Shown here piece after piece: positions 23,301 through 36,596 of a stretch of DNA of 64,000 nucleotides. How positions within the stretch are numbered: the stretch's first letter is position 1; each line of letters starts with the position of its first letter. Location of the stretch: contig NC_042999.1 of NCBI RefSeq assembly GCF_006345805.1, positions 37,758,001 through 37,822,000 of the forward strand, read 5' to 3'. Both the position numbers and the translations under genes were made by a program. Source of the stretch: Octopus sinensis (taxonomy: Eukaryota). The notes below the pieces were generated by a model. It ran no database searches, had not been told where the DNA came from, and worked only from the letters and a program-made list of their open reading frames with translations.

Positions 23301-23865
23301 CTGCTTAAAAAATGTCAACTGGAAAAGACTGCTGTTCACTATCACGTGGAAATGTTTTAGCAAAAGGATATATATCCTTTCCGTACATATGTTTCATTGT
23401 TTTTTCGTAATTCTCTTCTTTTTATTAAATTTCCAATATCACACTGATCTTGTGTTTGTTTGAAGTGTTCTCTTTCAGAACTTTGTATAATAGCTTGTGA
23501 GTTTCTGTTCAGTTCAAGGTGTGATTTCTTTCGACACTGTAGATGCTTCATGATTAACAGTTTCCCCCAACTGTAGTTTAGATAAAGGTCTTTTATTTTT
23601 CAGATGTTCCTGAGCAGATGGTTCAGCCTCTGTTGGTAAATATTATCAGTTAGTTCTTTAAAACTATTATCCATATCCAACAACGACATCTTTCCTTTGT
23701 CTTCGCGTTCATCTATTACTTTTTATTCATTTTTGCCTTTGTGTTTCAGACTTCTGCTTAAGTGTTGCACTGAAGTGATTAAAACCAGTCAAGTACTGGT
23801 GTCGCGGTAATCGACTTGCTCTACCTCTCAAAACTGCTGTTCTTGTGCCAAATTTAGAAAGAATT

Positions 23866-23954
<89 letters not shown>

Positions 23955-24261
23955 TATCATTATTATTATTATTATAAATGCGGTGAGCTGGCAGAATCTT
24001 TAGGATCCCAAATTGCAGGCCTTGCGCCTTTAGTAGAAAGGATTATTATTATTATTGAAACAAAGCTCAGGTTTGTTCTTATGCCGGGTAGGATTTATGT
24101 GGGTAGCGGGTTACTACCTGTAGCCTTCGGTATCCACACGTTTTCGGCATTTTTTCAAATGCTTAGAACCTACCTAATGAACCTTGCTGCCCCAAGATAG
24201 AAACTTTGTGTAGGAGCTTTAACGGGCATTCTGATTATTATTATTATTATTATTATTATTA

Positions 24262-25435
<1,174 letters not shown>

Positions 25436-26023
25436 TCAGTAGTTTTATTTTTATAGCGTGCTTTCAATTCACTACCGAGTGCAGCTCTGTGTGCCTTGGG
25501 TATGTGCTGTGATTTGTTGCGATGCTCTGATAGTTATTGTATGGAAAGTGTTCTGCGTAGGATGTGTGCAGTGCCCAGTAGAGCAATTTTCTGTATGTTA
25601 TATGTGTTTGTAAGTCCTGGTGTTTTTGTTATGTATTTGTCTGAATATTTTTTTATCATGCATAATGCACCTACTATGATAGGAATTGTTTCTGTTTTCA
25701 GGTTCCACATTCTAGTTACCTCTATTTCCAGGTCTTTGTATTTTGAGAGTTTCTCCATTTCTTTTAGAGACACGTTGTCATCTGCCGGTATTGATACATC
25801 AATTAGAAAGCATTTTTTTTCTTCATGATCTCTGACAACTATATCTGGTCTGTTGGCCTTAATTTCTCTATCTGTGTGTATCGGCATATCCCAGAGTATG
25901 GTTGCTTTCTCGTTTTCTGTGACCTTTTCTGGTGTGTACCTATACCATCTTTTTTCTGTTGTTATTCCATAATGTTGGCATAGCTTCCAATGTATGTAGG
26001 TTCCAACTCTGTCATGTCTGTGA

Positions 26024-26025
<2 letters not shown>
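25436..26025 (-). mobile_element. R4/Dong-like LINE 3' fragment embedded in (AAT)n
   Basis: RLE domain WDMPIHTDREIKANRPDIVV..LIDVSIP..KLSKYKDL..IPIIVGALCMI..KIALLGTAHILRRTL; (AAT)n on both sides. Confidence 0.95.
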
Positions 26026-26078
<53 letters not shown>

Positions 26079-26100
26079 GTTATTATTATTATTATTATTA

Positions 26101-26174
<74 letters not shown>

Positions 26175-26177
<3 letters not shown>

Positions 26178-26494
26178 TAGTTTTATTTTTATAGCGTGCT
26201 TTCAATTCACTACCGAGTGCAGCTCTGTGTGCCTTGGGTATGTGCTGTGATTTGTTGCGATGCTCTGATAGTTATTGTATGGAAAGTGTTCTGCGTAGGA
26301 TGTGTGCAGTGCCCAGTAGAGCAATTTTCTGTATGTTATATGTGTTTGTAAGTCCTGGTGTTTTTGTTATGTATTTGTCTGAATATTTTTTTATCATGCA
26401 TAATGCACCTACTATGATAGGAATTGTTTCTGTATTTAGATTCCACATTCTGGTTACCTCTATTTCCAGGTCTTTGTATTTTGAAAGTTTCTCC

Positions 26495-26498
<4 letters not shown>
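26175..26498 (-). mobile_element. Second, shorter copy of the same R4/Dong-like 3' end
   Basis: Nearly identical to 25436-25760; (AAT)n on both sides. Confidence 0.95.
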
Positions 26499-26566
<68 letters not shown>

Positions 26567-26910
26567 GTAGCAGCAGCACTCAATGAAGTGTGGAGGTGTT
26601 TTGGTTGAGAGATGGCGACGTGCTTGGAAAGGTAAGCATGCAACACTACGTCCGAAGACATTGAAAAGTTGTCATGCAAAGCTGATGACTACGGGCTCTG
26701 TGAACAATGCAAGAAGTGGCCGTCCAACCACATCCCTTTCAGCGGAGAACGTGGCAACAGTGCAGGAAATGTTTAATCGCAGCCGCAAAAACCAACACGT
26801 CAAGCAGCTCGTGAAAATGGATTAACATGACACAGAATACGTACAGTGTTGCATAAAGAATTAAAATTTTCGTCCGTGGAAACCTCATTACGTGCAGGAG
26901 CTAAAACCTG

Positions 26911-27038
26911 AAGACTGTGACCGCAGAATGGAATATGGAATGAAGACTGTGACCGCAGAATGGAATATGGAATAAAGACTGTGACCGCAGAATGGAATAT
27001 GGAATGAAGACTGTGACCGCAGAATGGAATATGGAATG
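26911..27038. repeat. 4 x 32-bp tandem repeat at the transposase deletion point
   Basis: AAGACTGTGACCGCAGAATGGAATATGGAAT(G/A) starting at 26911, 26943, 26975, 27007. Confidence 0.9.
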
Positions 27039-27327
27039 GCCCTCAAGAAGTCCAGACTCACTCCATGTGATTTTTAACTGTGAGGTTACACAAAAGAGGT
27101 GTACAAGACAGAACCTCACACATTGGAAGACTTGGAGACACGGATTCAGGAGGTTGTCAATGATATCCAAGATGAAATCCTTCAGAAGGTTGTTCATTCC
27201 ATCTCTGGCTGTTTGAGGAAACTGATTGACGCCACCGGTGCTTACATTGAAATATGAAAATTTACTTTCACTTTTTGCATGTAACAAAGAACATGTATCA
27301 TTTGTTTCAATAAATTTGTAAAAGGAA

Positions 27328-27695
27328 TACTCTTTACTCTTTACTCTTTTACTTGTTTCAGTCATTTGACTGCGGCCATGCTGGAGCACCGCCTTTAGTC
27401 GAACAAATCGACCGCGGGACTTATTCCTTGTAATCCCAGTACTTATTCTATCGCTCTCTTTTGCTGAACCGCTAAGTGACGGCGACGTAAACACACCAGC
27501 ATCGGTTGTCAAGCAATGCTAGGGGGACAAACACAGACACACACACACATATATATATATATATACATATATACGACGGGCTTCTTTCAGTTTCCATCTA
27601 CCAAATCCACTTGCCCAAGATGCCACGCAGTGGGACTGAAACCGGAACCATGTGGTTGATAAGCAAGCTACTTACCACACAGCCACTCCTGCGCC
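27328..27695 (-). mobile_element. SINE family B with small internal deletion
   Basis: Head to (GAGTAAA)n tail. Confidence 0.95.
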
Positions 27696-28159
27696 TATAC
27701 AATGTGTATTTTATTATAAATTTTTAATGACTGTCTACTTTTCACCCACCCTGTATATCAAATATAAACTTTTTTAAAATCATATTTTTTAAGCAGTAGT
27801 TAACAGTTAGCCGTATAGACAAATTAATAACTAATAATTAGGGTAACAGGAAAAAATGCAAATTTTCAACCCATTTTTTTCATTTAATAATTATTACCAT
27901 TTACACAATAAGGGAAGTCTGCCACTGCTTGTACATTTTATGGAACCTCTTTTTACTTGGGGTTATAAGCACGTGAATAATTTGTTTGATGCTTAATCCG
28001 AATCTGCGTGTAAAAGGCAGAAAAAGTATGATTATATGAGGGTCGAGGGTAAAAGAGATAGATAGAGGAATCTCGGGGTTTGAAGATGCATGGGCGCATG
28101 TGTATATGTGTATATGAGAAAAAGAAAGTAACAAAGGTAGATAGATAGGTAGATAGATA

Positions 28160-28413
28160 GATTGGGAGAAAAAGATAAGTTTCTTTATTGGCCACACAGG
28201 GCTGCACACAGATGGGACAAGTTACAAGGTAGAGCTTTTCTTTTGGGGGATGAAAAAAACAAAAAAACGAAAGAAACAAAAAAAAGGGGTGGCCTAGGTT
28301 TTCGATCAAGAGGGATCGTAAAAGGGAAGAAAAGAACAAAAAAAAAATAAATAAAATAAAAAAAAAGAAAAAAAAAGAAAAGGAAAAGGAACTGGGAGAA
28401 AAAGATAGATAGC

Positions 28414-28415
<2 letters not shown>
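28160..28415 (-). mobile_element. Tx1-like LINE 3' UTR fragment inside (GATA)n
   Basis: Matches 61500-61622 (GCAGCCCTGTGTGGCCAATAAAGAAAC); (GATA)n on both flanks. Confidence 0.85.
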
Positions 28416-28488
<73 letters not shown>

Positions 28489-28603
28489 GGGGGTAGAGAA
28501 AGAAGGAGAGAAAATGATTGTCTATGCGTATGTGTGTCTGATAAACACAGAGAAAGAGAAAAGCACAAACAGAAAGCGAGCGATAGAGATAAGAAAAGGG
28601 ACA

Positions 28604-28638
<35 letters not shown>

Positions 28639-29336
28639 GCACACACTCACGCACACACACTCACGCACACACACTCACACGCACATTCACACACACATAT
28701 TCATACTTATATATATATAATTATTTATGCATTCATACATATACATGCATGCACACATATATAAATATAAATATTTATACATGTGTATACATATTTATAC
28801 ATGTATATATACATTTGCGTGAGTTTGTGTGTGTATGTATGTGTGTGTGTGCGCGTAGTGTGTGTGATGTGTTTGCATGTATATATGTATGCATACGCAC
28901 ATGCGCACACATATGTAAATAGGCAGAGAGAAAATAGAAAGATAAAAGAAACAAAGTATGAGTCCTATCGCGCGTGTATATTACTTATATATAAGCATTT
29001 ACTTACGTATATATGCACTTACGTTTGTGTTTGTGCGTAAAATATAGTATGCATACATGTGTTCATAGATGCATTTGTAGATTAGTATGTGTGAGTGTGT
29101 ATGTGTGTGTGTGTGTATGTGATCATCAAAGGGTGTATACGTAAGTATACGTGTGCATGGCTGTATTTGTACATGTATGTATATGTATGTGTTATGTATG
29201 CGTGTTTGTGTATGTATTCATGTGTGTATGCATACATGTATGTATGAGTATGTGTTTACATATCCATGTGCACGTGAATGTATGTGCATATGTACATATA
29301 TATATACCCATGTGTATGAGTTTGAGGTGGTACGTT

Positions 29337-29405
<69 letters not shown>

Positions 29406-29444
29406 TATATATATACATACATACATGCATGCATGCATGCATAC

Positions 29445-29482
<38 letters not shown>

Positions 29483-29936
29483 ACATATATATATGCATGC
29501 AGGCATGCATTTAAGCATATATGCATGGATGTAATCACGTGCATGTGTATACATATGCGGATATGTGTGTGCATGCGTGCGTGCGCGCGTGTGTGTGTAT
29601 GCGCATGCGTATGTTTACTTACCGTGTTTGTCTTTCATAGCGTTAAGTGCAGTATCATGTTTTAAAGGAGAAATCATAGCACTGACAATCATGAATAGAA
29701 ACGAAATTGATCTTTCACCTACAGCACGGCAGAAACATTTCCACTATAACGACCACCAACACTAGTACAATCATCATCACCACCAGCATCACCACCACCA
29801 TCAACACTACTACTAATAGAATTATCCTACCCCCACCGACAACGATACCAGTAACACTAATGTCGCTACTACAATCATGGCTTTCACCTCACACTCACAC
29901 CACTATCAACATATCAATACAAATATAAATATAATA

Positions 29937-30001
<65 letters not shown>

Positions 30002-30200
30002 TATCTATATATATATATATATTTAACCAACATAGTCATCTCCTTACAGTAATAATCAGCGCAGATATTGGTAGCGACGAAACAATCACTTTAAATGGAT
30101 ACTACTACTACTACTACTACTACTACTCTACTACTACTACTACTACTAACTACTACTACTACTACTACTAATATAATAATAATAATATAATATAATAATG

Positions 30201-30422
30201 AATTCTTTACTGCCCACAAGGGGCTAAACATAGACAGGACGGAGAAAGGGATTAAGTCGATTAGATCGACCCCAGTGCGAAACTGGTACTTTATTTTTAC
30301 CGGCCCCGAAAGGATGAAAGGCAAAGTCGAGCACGGCGGAATTTGAACTCAGAACGTAATAGCAAACGAAATACCGCTAAGCATTTCGCCTGGCGCGCTA
30401 AAGCTTCTGCCAGCTCGCCGCT
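30201..30422 (-). mobile_element. SINE family A1
   Basis: Head, central domain, A1 tail. Confidence 0.9.
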
Positions 30423-30544
30423 CACCTTAACCCCTTCTCCTAAATTGCTGGGCTTGTACCAAAATTTAAAATCATTATCAATATTATTTGTACCAAAATT
30501 TAAAATCATTATCAATATCATTATTATTAATTATTATTATTAAT

Positions 30545-30960
30545 AATAATATTGATGATGATTTTAAATTTTGGTACAAGCCAAGCAATTTAGGGGAAGG
30601 GTTTAAGTCGATTACTTTGATATCAGTGTTCAAATGGTACTTACTTTATAGACTCCGAAAATATGAAGGGCAAAGTCGACCACAGCGAAATTTGAACCCA
30701 GAAAGTTAAGCATTTTACCCGGCGCGGTAACGATTCTGACAGCTCGCTGCCTTAATAATGATGATAATAATAATAATGGTTTCAAATTTTTGGCACAAGG
30801 GCAGCAATTTTTTTGTGGGGAATGGAGTCGATTACATTGATCCAAGTGTTCAACTGGTACTTATTTTATCGACCTCGAAAGGATGTAAGGCAAAGTCGAC
30901 CTCGGCTGAATTTGAACTCAGAACTTAAAGACGGACGAAATACAGCTAAGCATTTTGCTC
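30545..30960 (-). mobile_element. Two stacked SINE A2 copies (30545-30755 and 30775-30960)
   Basis: A2 tails with (ATT)n; central domains. Confidence 0.8.
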
Positions 30961-31009
30961 ACAAAATCCTCTGCAACACAAATATGTGGCCCGTAGCAAA
31001 CAAGCTGAC

Positions 31010-31630
31010 GTAGACCAGAAGCACACCCATCAGCGGCTACGGTGCTCAAGGCTAAAGGTAGAGAATGACGACTTTATGTTGGCTACCCAAGATCAGAGGT
31101 TGTTGAACCGGAACTATTAAGCAAATGTGATGAAATATGATGTTGACCCAAAGTGCCGATACTGCAACGATGGGATAGAAACAGTCGATCACCTAATCTT
31201 TAGATGTAAAGTTTTAGCACCTGTAGTGTAAAAATAAAGACAGTGTTTGCCAATATCTACATTGGATAATGTGTCGCCATTATAAAATCAAAACTGCTGA
31301 CAAATGGTACAAGCACAACCCCGAGACTGTAACTGAGAGAGAAAATGTAACTGTTCTTTAGTATGTACAGACCGGACCATCAAGGCAAATAAACCAGATA
31401 TTGTTGTGAAAGACAAAAGCAATAAAGTCTGTTTATTGATTGACATTAGCATACCCTGTGACCATAATATCTCGGCAAAAGAATTCAAGCTCAGAAAATA
31501 TAAAGATCTGCAAATCGAAATTGAAAAGATGTAGCATCTCAAGACGGTTACAATACCAGTGAATATAGGAGCACTTGGAATGATAAAAAAAAGGGAACTG
31601 AAAATTATTTATGAATGATACCTGGCTTGC
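31010..31630 (+). mobile_element. Decayed R4/Dong-like LINE fragment (CCHC and RLE)
   Basis: DPKCRYCNDGIETVDHLI..C, KANKPDIVVKD..CLLIDISIP..KYKDLQIEIEKM. Confidence 0.9.
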
Positions 31631-31753
31631 CATCCATGCAGCAAACCAGGGATCATTCATAAATAATTTTCAGTTCCTTTGTTTTTTATCATTCCAAGTG
31701 CTCCTATAATCACTGGTATTGTAACCAACTTGAGATGCTACATCTTTTCAATT
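31519..31753. repeat. Fold-back inverted duplication of LINE sequence
   Basis: Arms 31519-31630 and 31641-31753, 10-nt spacer, several mismatches. Confidence 0.85.
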
Positions 31754-31920
31754 GTCTTAACCGGTACGTCACACGTATTGAGAAGAGCATTGTTGCTGTG
31801 AATTTTCTTTCCTCCTTTATTTTATTTGTTTATTTTTGTATTTCTATTTTTCCTTTTTCTCTCTGTCATCTCCCTTTTCTCTATCACGTGGACTCTGTAT
31901 GTAAATGAACAATCTGGGTG

Positions 31921-32020
31921 NNNNNNNNNNNNNNNNNNNNNNNNNNNNNNNNNNNNNNNNNNNNNNNNNNNNNNNNNNNNNNNNNNNNNNNNNNNNNNNN
32001 NNNNNNNNNNNNNNNNNNNN
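31921..32020. other. Assembly gap (100 N)
   Basis: Direct. Confidence 1.
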
Positions 32021-32150
32021 ATTTATATATATACACACACATATATATACATATATTTGGATATACATGCACATATATCTGCACACGCACATATATCCAA
32101 ATATATGTATGCATGCATATATGTATATATATATATACATACATAGATAC

Positions 32151-32228
<78 letters not shown>

Positions 32229-32710
32229 ATGTATGTGTGTGTGTGTCTGTGTGTGGTGTGTGTGTGTATGTATGTAATATGTATTTATATAGCTATGTAT
32301 GCGTTCGCTTTACTTTCTATTTTTCTGTCGTAGACATTTCACTTCTGTGCAATTCTGCAACTTCAGATCAATTTTTTTGTATTTCTCAAAACTTTTAACC
32401 TGATTTCTTATTTTGCCAAAGAAAGCCAAAAAAGAGCACCCAAAGTAAAACGCAAAATTAGAAAGGAAAATGAGAAATGTAACATAAAATATCAAAAAAG
32501 AAAAACAAAAAAGACAAACACTTCTTATGTTATGAAGCGTAAATAACTTTGTAACAACCTAATTTTGATGCAACTTAGAAAATTTGAACCACCTGGTTAA
32601 TATTCGTTTCTCTCTCGTATTATTTCCACACTTTCTCACTATTTATGTACATATACATACCTAAATACGTGTATATAATGTGCATACATAGTGCCTATAT
32701 ATGTATGTAG

Positions 32711-32743
<33 letters not shown>

Positions 32744-32749
32744 TGTATG

Positions 32750-32781
<32 letters not shown>

Positions 32782-33193
32782 CGTATGTATATATATATGT
32801 ATATATATATATATGTATATATATGTATATATATATGTATGTATATGTACATATATATATATACACACACATATATATATATATATGTATAAGTATATGT
32901 GCGTGTGTTTATGCGTGCAGTAATGTTTGTCTTTAAGTGATAATATATATAAGCAATTTAGCATTAAATTGAAGTATTACTCTATAGATTTTCGTTGACT
33001 AAATATTTATCCATTTGTACAAGACAATATAAATGCTAACTGAGAATTCGAGGTACTAGCTCGTAAGCCATCAACAGACTGATGGATTACAGTTGGTAAA
33101 CAGAAATACTTCGATATCACAGTCAACCTTATCCCTGTTAAGTTTAGAATAAAGACATGAATATGTATATTGGTATATATGTGTGTTTATATA

Positions 33194-33337
33194 GGAGGGA
33201 GTGCTGAAAAGTTTATGGTTTTTAGGGTATCGCAAAAGGTGTCGGAATCTGAGAGGGATATATGTTGAATAAAATCATAGTTAAGTGATCCTCCTGTATT
33301 TTCTTTTACCCAAAGCCAGGAACTTCCAGCTCCCTCA
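33194..33337. mobile_element. Mariner-derived MITE
   Basis: TA-flanked ends GGAGGGAGTGCTGAAAAGTT / CCAGGAACTTCCAGCTCCCTCA. Confidence 0.7.
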
Positions 33338-33744
33338 TATATATATATATATATATATACATATATATAGATATATATATATATATGTATCCCATTCTGT
33401 TTTTTTGTGTGTAAAAGATTATAACAGCCGTATTTTTCAACTGATTTTCTCCACCCTGCGAACATATATTACCTATATTTCATGGATAGTTTTAAACTAT
33501 AAAAAGTTTCACATAATGAGTAACGGGAGCCCTGGGGACAGAAAACACCAGTTCTAGCGTTACGTGGAGGAGGGAGGTAACTCTTAACGAAGTAACCTTC
33601 AGAAATTGATTGTTTCTCTTACATCCATTGGTCTTAAAATATTGCTTTTTAAATTAGATTTAAGTCTTTAAAAGTTGTTAAAAATATTTACTTCCGGTTT
33701 CCAAGTATCAGTGACATCTATATCTCTATCCATCTCTATTTCTA

Positions 33745-33865
<121 letters not shown>

Positions 33866-33899
33866 CTTATCTATCTATATCTATCTTTTTTTCTAACTA

Positions 33900-35200
33900 G
33901 CTAGTGCTCTCTCTCTCCCTCTCTCCCTCTCTCCCTCTCTCTATATCTCACTCACTCTCTATTGTTTTCACTTCCATTTTTTAGACGTCATTGTTTTCAG
34001 TTTAAGTTCAGTTGCTATGGTTTTTACTGTAAGTTTTCAATCACTATTTTCAAACAACAACGACAAATTACTGACAGAAAGAAGTTCACAATTACTGATG
34101 AAAGTAATTTCATACATAATTTACTGACAGAAGTAACTCCATTTTTTTACTTCAATCCGTACACGTCGTTAAATTCGCCTACAAATTTCGTATTTACTTT
34201 TGCAACGTTTTGTGTTTTTCTTGTTGTTGACGGAATTACTGATAAAAGCAAGTTCATAATTTACTGACAGAAGTAACTTTAAAAAATTCACTTTAATACG
34301 TACACTTATTTAATTTCCCTAAAAATGTTTCTGTTGTTAACGGCTTTTTTCTGGTTCCTTTGATACTGGCTCTTTGGTTCACTGACAAGTCTCCATTCAA
34401 CCCGTACAATTCTTTATTTTCCGTAAAAAGTTTTTATTTACTTTCTGCCCATCGCATTAAAACATATAATTTCATGTACCCAGTTATTTTCATTGCTTAC
34501 TATCTTCTGCACCCGTGTATCTCTGTATACATATGTAACTATGCTTAGAAGGAAAGTGTCAAATTTGTCTACAATGTCAATGTCAGCCAAAAGAATGTTT
34601 CTGTCCAGAGAAAGAAAGATAGATGCAGAAAGGGAAGCACACCAAGAAACGAACAGACTGTGTACTACAAAAGTCAGAGCATCTCAAAGTGATGAACAGA
34701 GGTATGCACGGCTGACAAGGAATAGGATCTCCATTGCAGAACCAAGAGCAGTTGCAATAGCTCAGAAAAGCAACTTCTATGAAGCAGCTTTCTATTATGA
34801 TCCAGCAGTTCATTATGCAGATGACACTAGAGTTTCCATTGGTGCAATGACAATTGAGTGCATACATTGTAAAGCAAGGACGTGTCCTGGAGAGACACGC
34901 GCATTGTGCTGCGGAGGTGGAAAGGCAAAACTCCCTGCAATCCCCCAACCTCCAGAGCTATTGAAGAAACTGCTGTCATCAACTGACCAAGATTCCAAGC
35001 ACTTCCAAAACAAAATTAGACAGTACAACGCTGCACTACAGATGACATCACTTGGAGCCACAAGAGATTTAACTGAGTTAGGATTCATGCAAACTTTCAA
35101 GATCCAAGGTTAGATTTATCATCGGATCGGCTCCTTACTACCGTTGTCAAATGACTCACCAAAGTCCACGTTTCATTGTTAATAATCTGTACCTGTTATT
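33900..35200 (+). mobile_element. Helitron 5' fragment
   Basis: Coding remnant at 34541-35175, preceded by repeated TTACTGAC/TAGAAGTAA units (34070-34280). Confidence 0.8.
34541..35175 (+). pseudogene. Helitron RepHel N-terminal region (Zn-binding), truncated
   Basis: GAMTIECIHCKA..GETRALCCGGGK..HFQNKIRQYNAALQMTSLG..FKIQG*IYHRIGSLLP, typical of animal Helitron RepHel. Confidence 0.9.
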
Positions 35201-35256
35201 CGATTACGAAATAAGCTACGCAAAACGTGCTCTTGAATTACACGGTTATTATATAT

Positions 35257-35294
<38 letters not shown>

Positions 35295-35320
35295 TATATA
35301 TATATATATATTGATATATT

Positions 35321-35368
<48 letters not shown>

Positions 35369-35370
35369 TA

Positions 35371-36589
35371 TATAACGGGAAGCTTTATGAAAATAAACAA
35401 AAGACGAAGGCAGGTGGAAAACAAACGAACAATTTATTAGTATGGCGCTCAGGAAATATAAATAAAACAAGTCTTTAACGTTTCGAGCCTACGCTCTTCA
35501 ACAGAAAGATACACAGAGAGAGAAAAACACAGAAAGAAGGAGAGAAAAAAAAAATGCGTGCATATAAGAGAAATAAAAATACAACAAACGGGACAGTTTA
35601 TGCGAACAAGTTCAAGGTTGAAAGTTCAAGGTGAGAAATGTGTAGACGTCGTGGTATATTTTTTAAGGATTTCACATCAATGCAAAGTCACTTTGATCCG
35701 CGAAAGAGAGGTGCAGCCAATGGTAAGTATCCAGAGGTAAAGAAAATCCAAGGTAGAGGTAAGTGTTGATAGTGGTATTGGTAGAAGATAGGATGAAAGT
35801 GAGACCACGTGAGCGCATAATATATAACGGGAAGCTTTATGAAAATAACAAAAGACGAAGGCAGGTGGAAAACAAACGAACAATTGTATTAGTATGGCGC
35901 TCAGGAAATAAAATAAAACAAGTCTTTAACGTTTCGAGCCTACGCTCTTCACAGAAAGATACACAGAGAGAGAAAAACACAGAAAGAAGGAAGAAAAAAT
36001 GCGTGCAATATAAGAGAAAATAAAAATACAACAAACGGGACAGTTTATGCGAACAGTTCAAGGTTGAAAGTTCAAGGTGAGAAATGTGTAGACGTCGTGG
36101 TATATTTTTTAAGGATTTCACATCAATGCAAAGTCACTTTGATCCGCGAAAGAGAGGTGCAGCCAATGGTAGTATCCAAGAGGTAAAGAAAATCCAAGGT
36201 AGAGGTAAGTGTTGATAGTGGTATTGGTAGAATATAGGATGAAAGTGAGACCACGTGAGCGCATAATATATAACGGGAAGCTTTATGAAAATAAACAAAA
36301 GACGAAGGCAGGTGGAAAACAAACGAACAATTGTATTAGTATGGCGCTCAGGAAATATAAATAAAACAAGTCTTTAACGTTTCGAGCCTACGCTCTTCAA
36401 CAGAAAGATACACAGAGAGAGAAAAACACAGAAAGAAGGAGAGAAAAAAAATGCGTGCAATATAAGAGAAAATAAAAATACAACAAACGGGACAGTTTAT
36501 GCGAACAAGTTCAAGGTTGAAAGTTCAAGGTGAGAAATGTGTAGACGTCGTGGTATATTTTTTAAGGATTTCACATCAATGCAAAGTCA
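35371..36589 (-). repeat. 2.7 x ~450-bp tandem repeat (family F), one hammerhead per unit
   Basis: Unit starts at 35371, 35823, 36269 (periods 452 and 446); HHRs at 35472-35509, 35923-35959, 36371-36408: UCUUU CUGUUGA A GAGC-GUAG-GCUC GAAA CG UU^ AAAGA. Confidence 0.85.
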
Positions 36590-36596
36590 ATATATA

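Larger units (their letters stand above)
26575..27755 (+). mobile_element. Internally deleted mariner/Tc1-superfamily transposon
   Basis: N-terminal RSGRPTT..ENVATVQEMF..KPHYVQELKPEDCDRRMEY, C-terminal WPSRSPD..LEDLETRI; right end CCCACCCTG-TA at 27753-27755; SINE B inserted. Confidence 0.8.
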
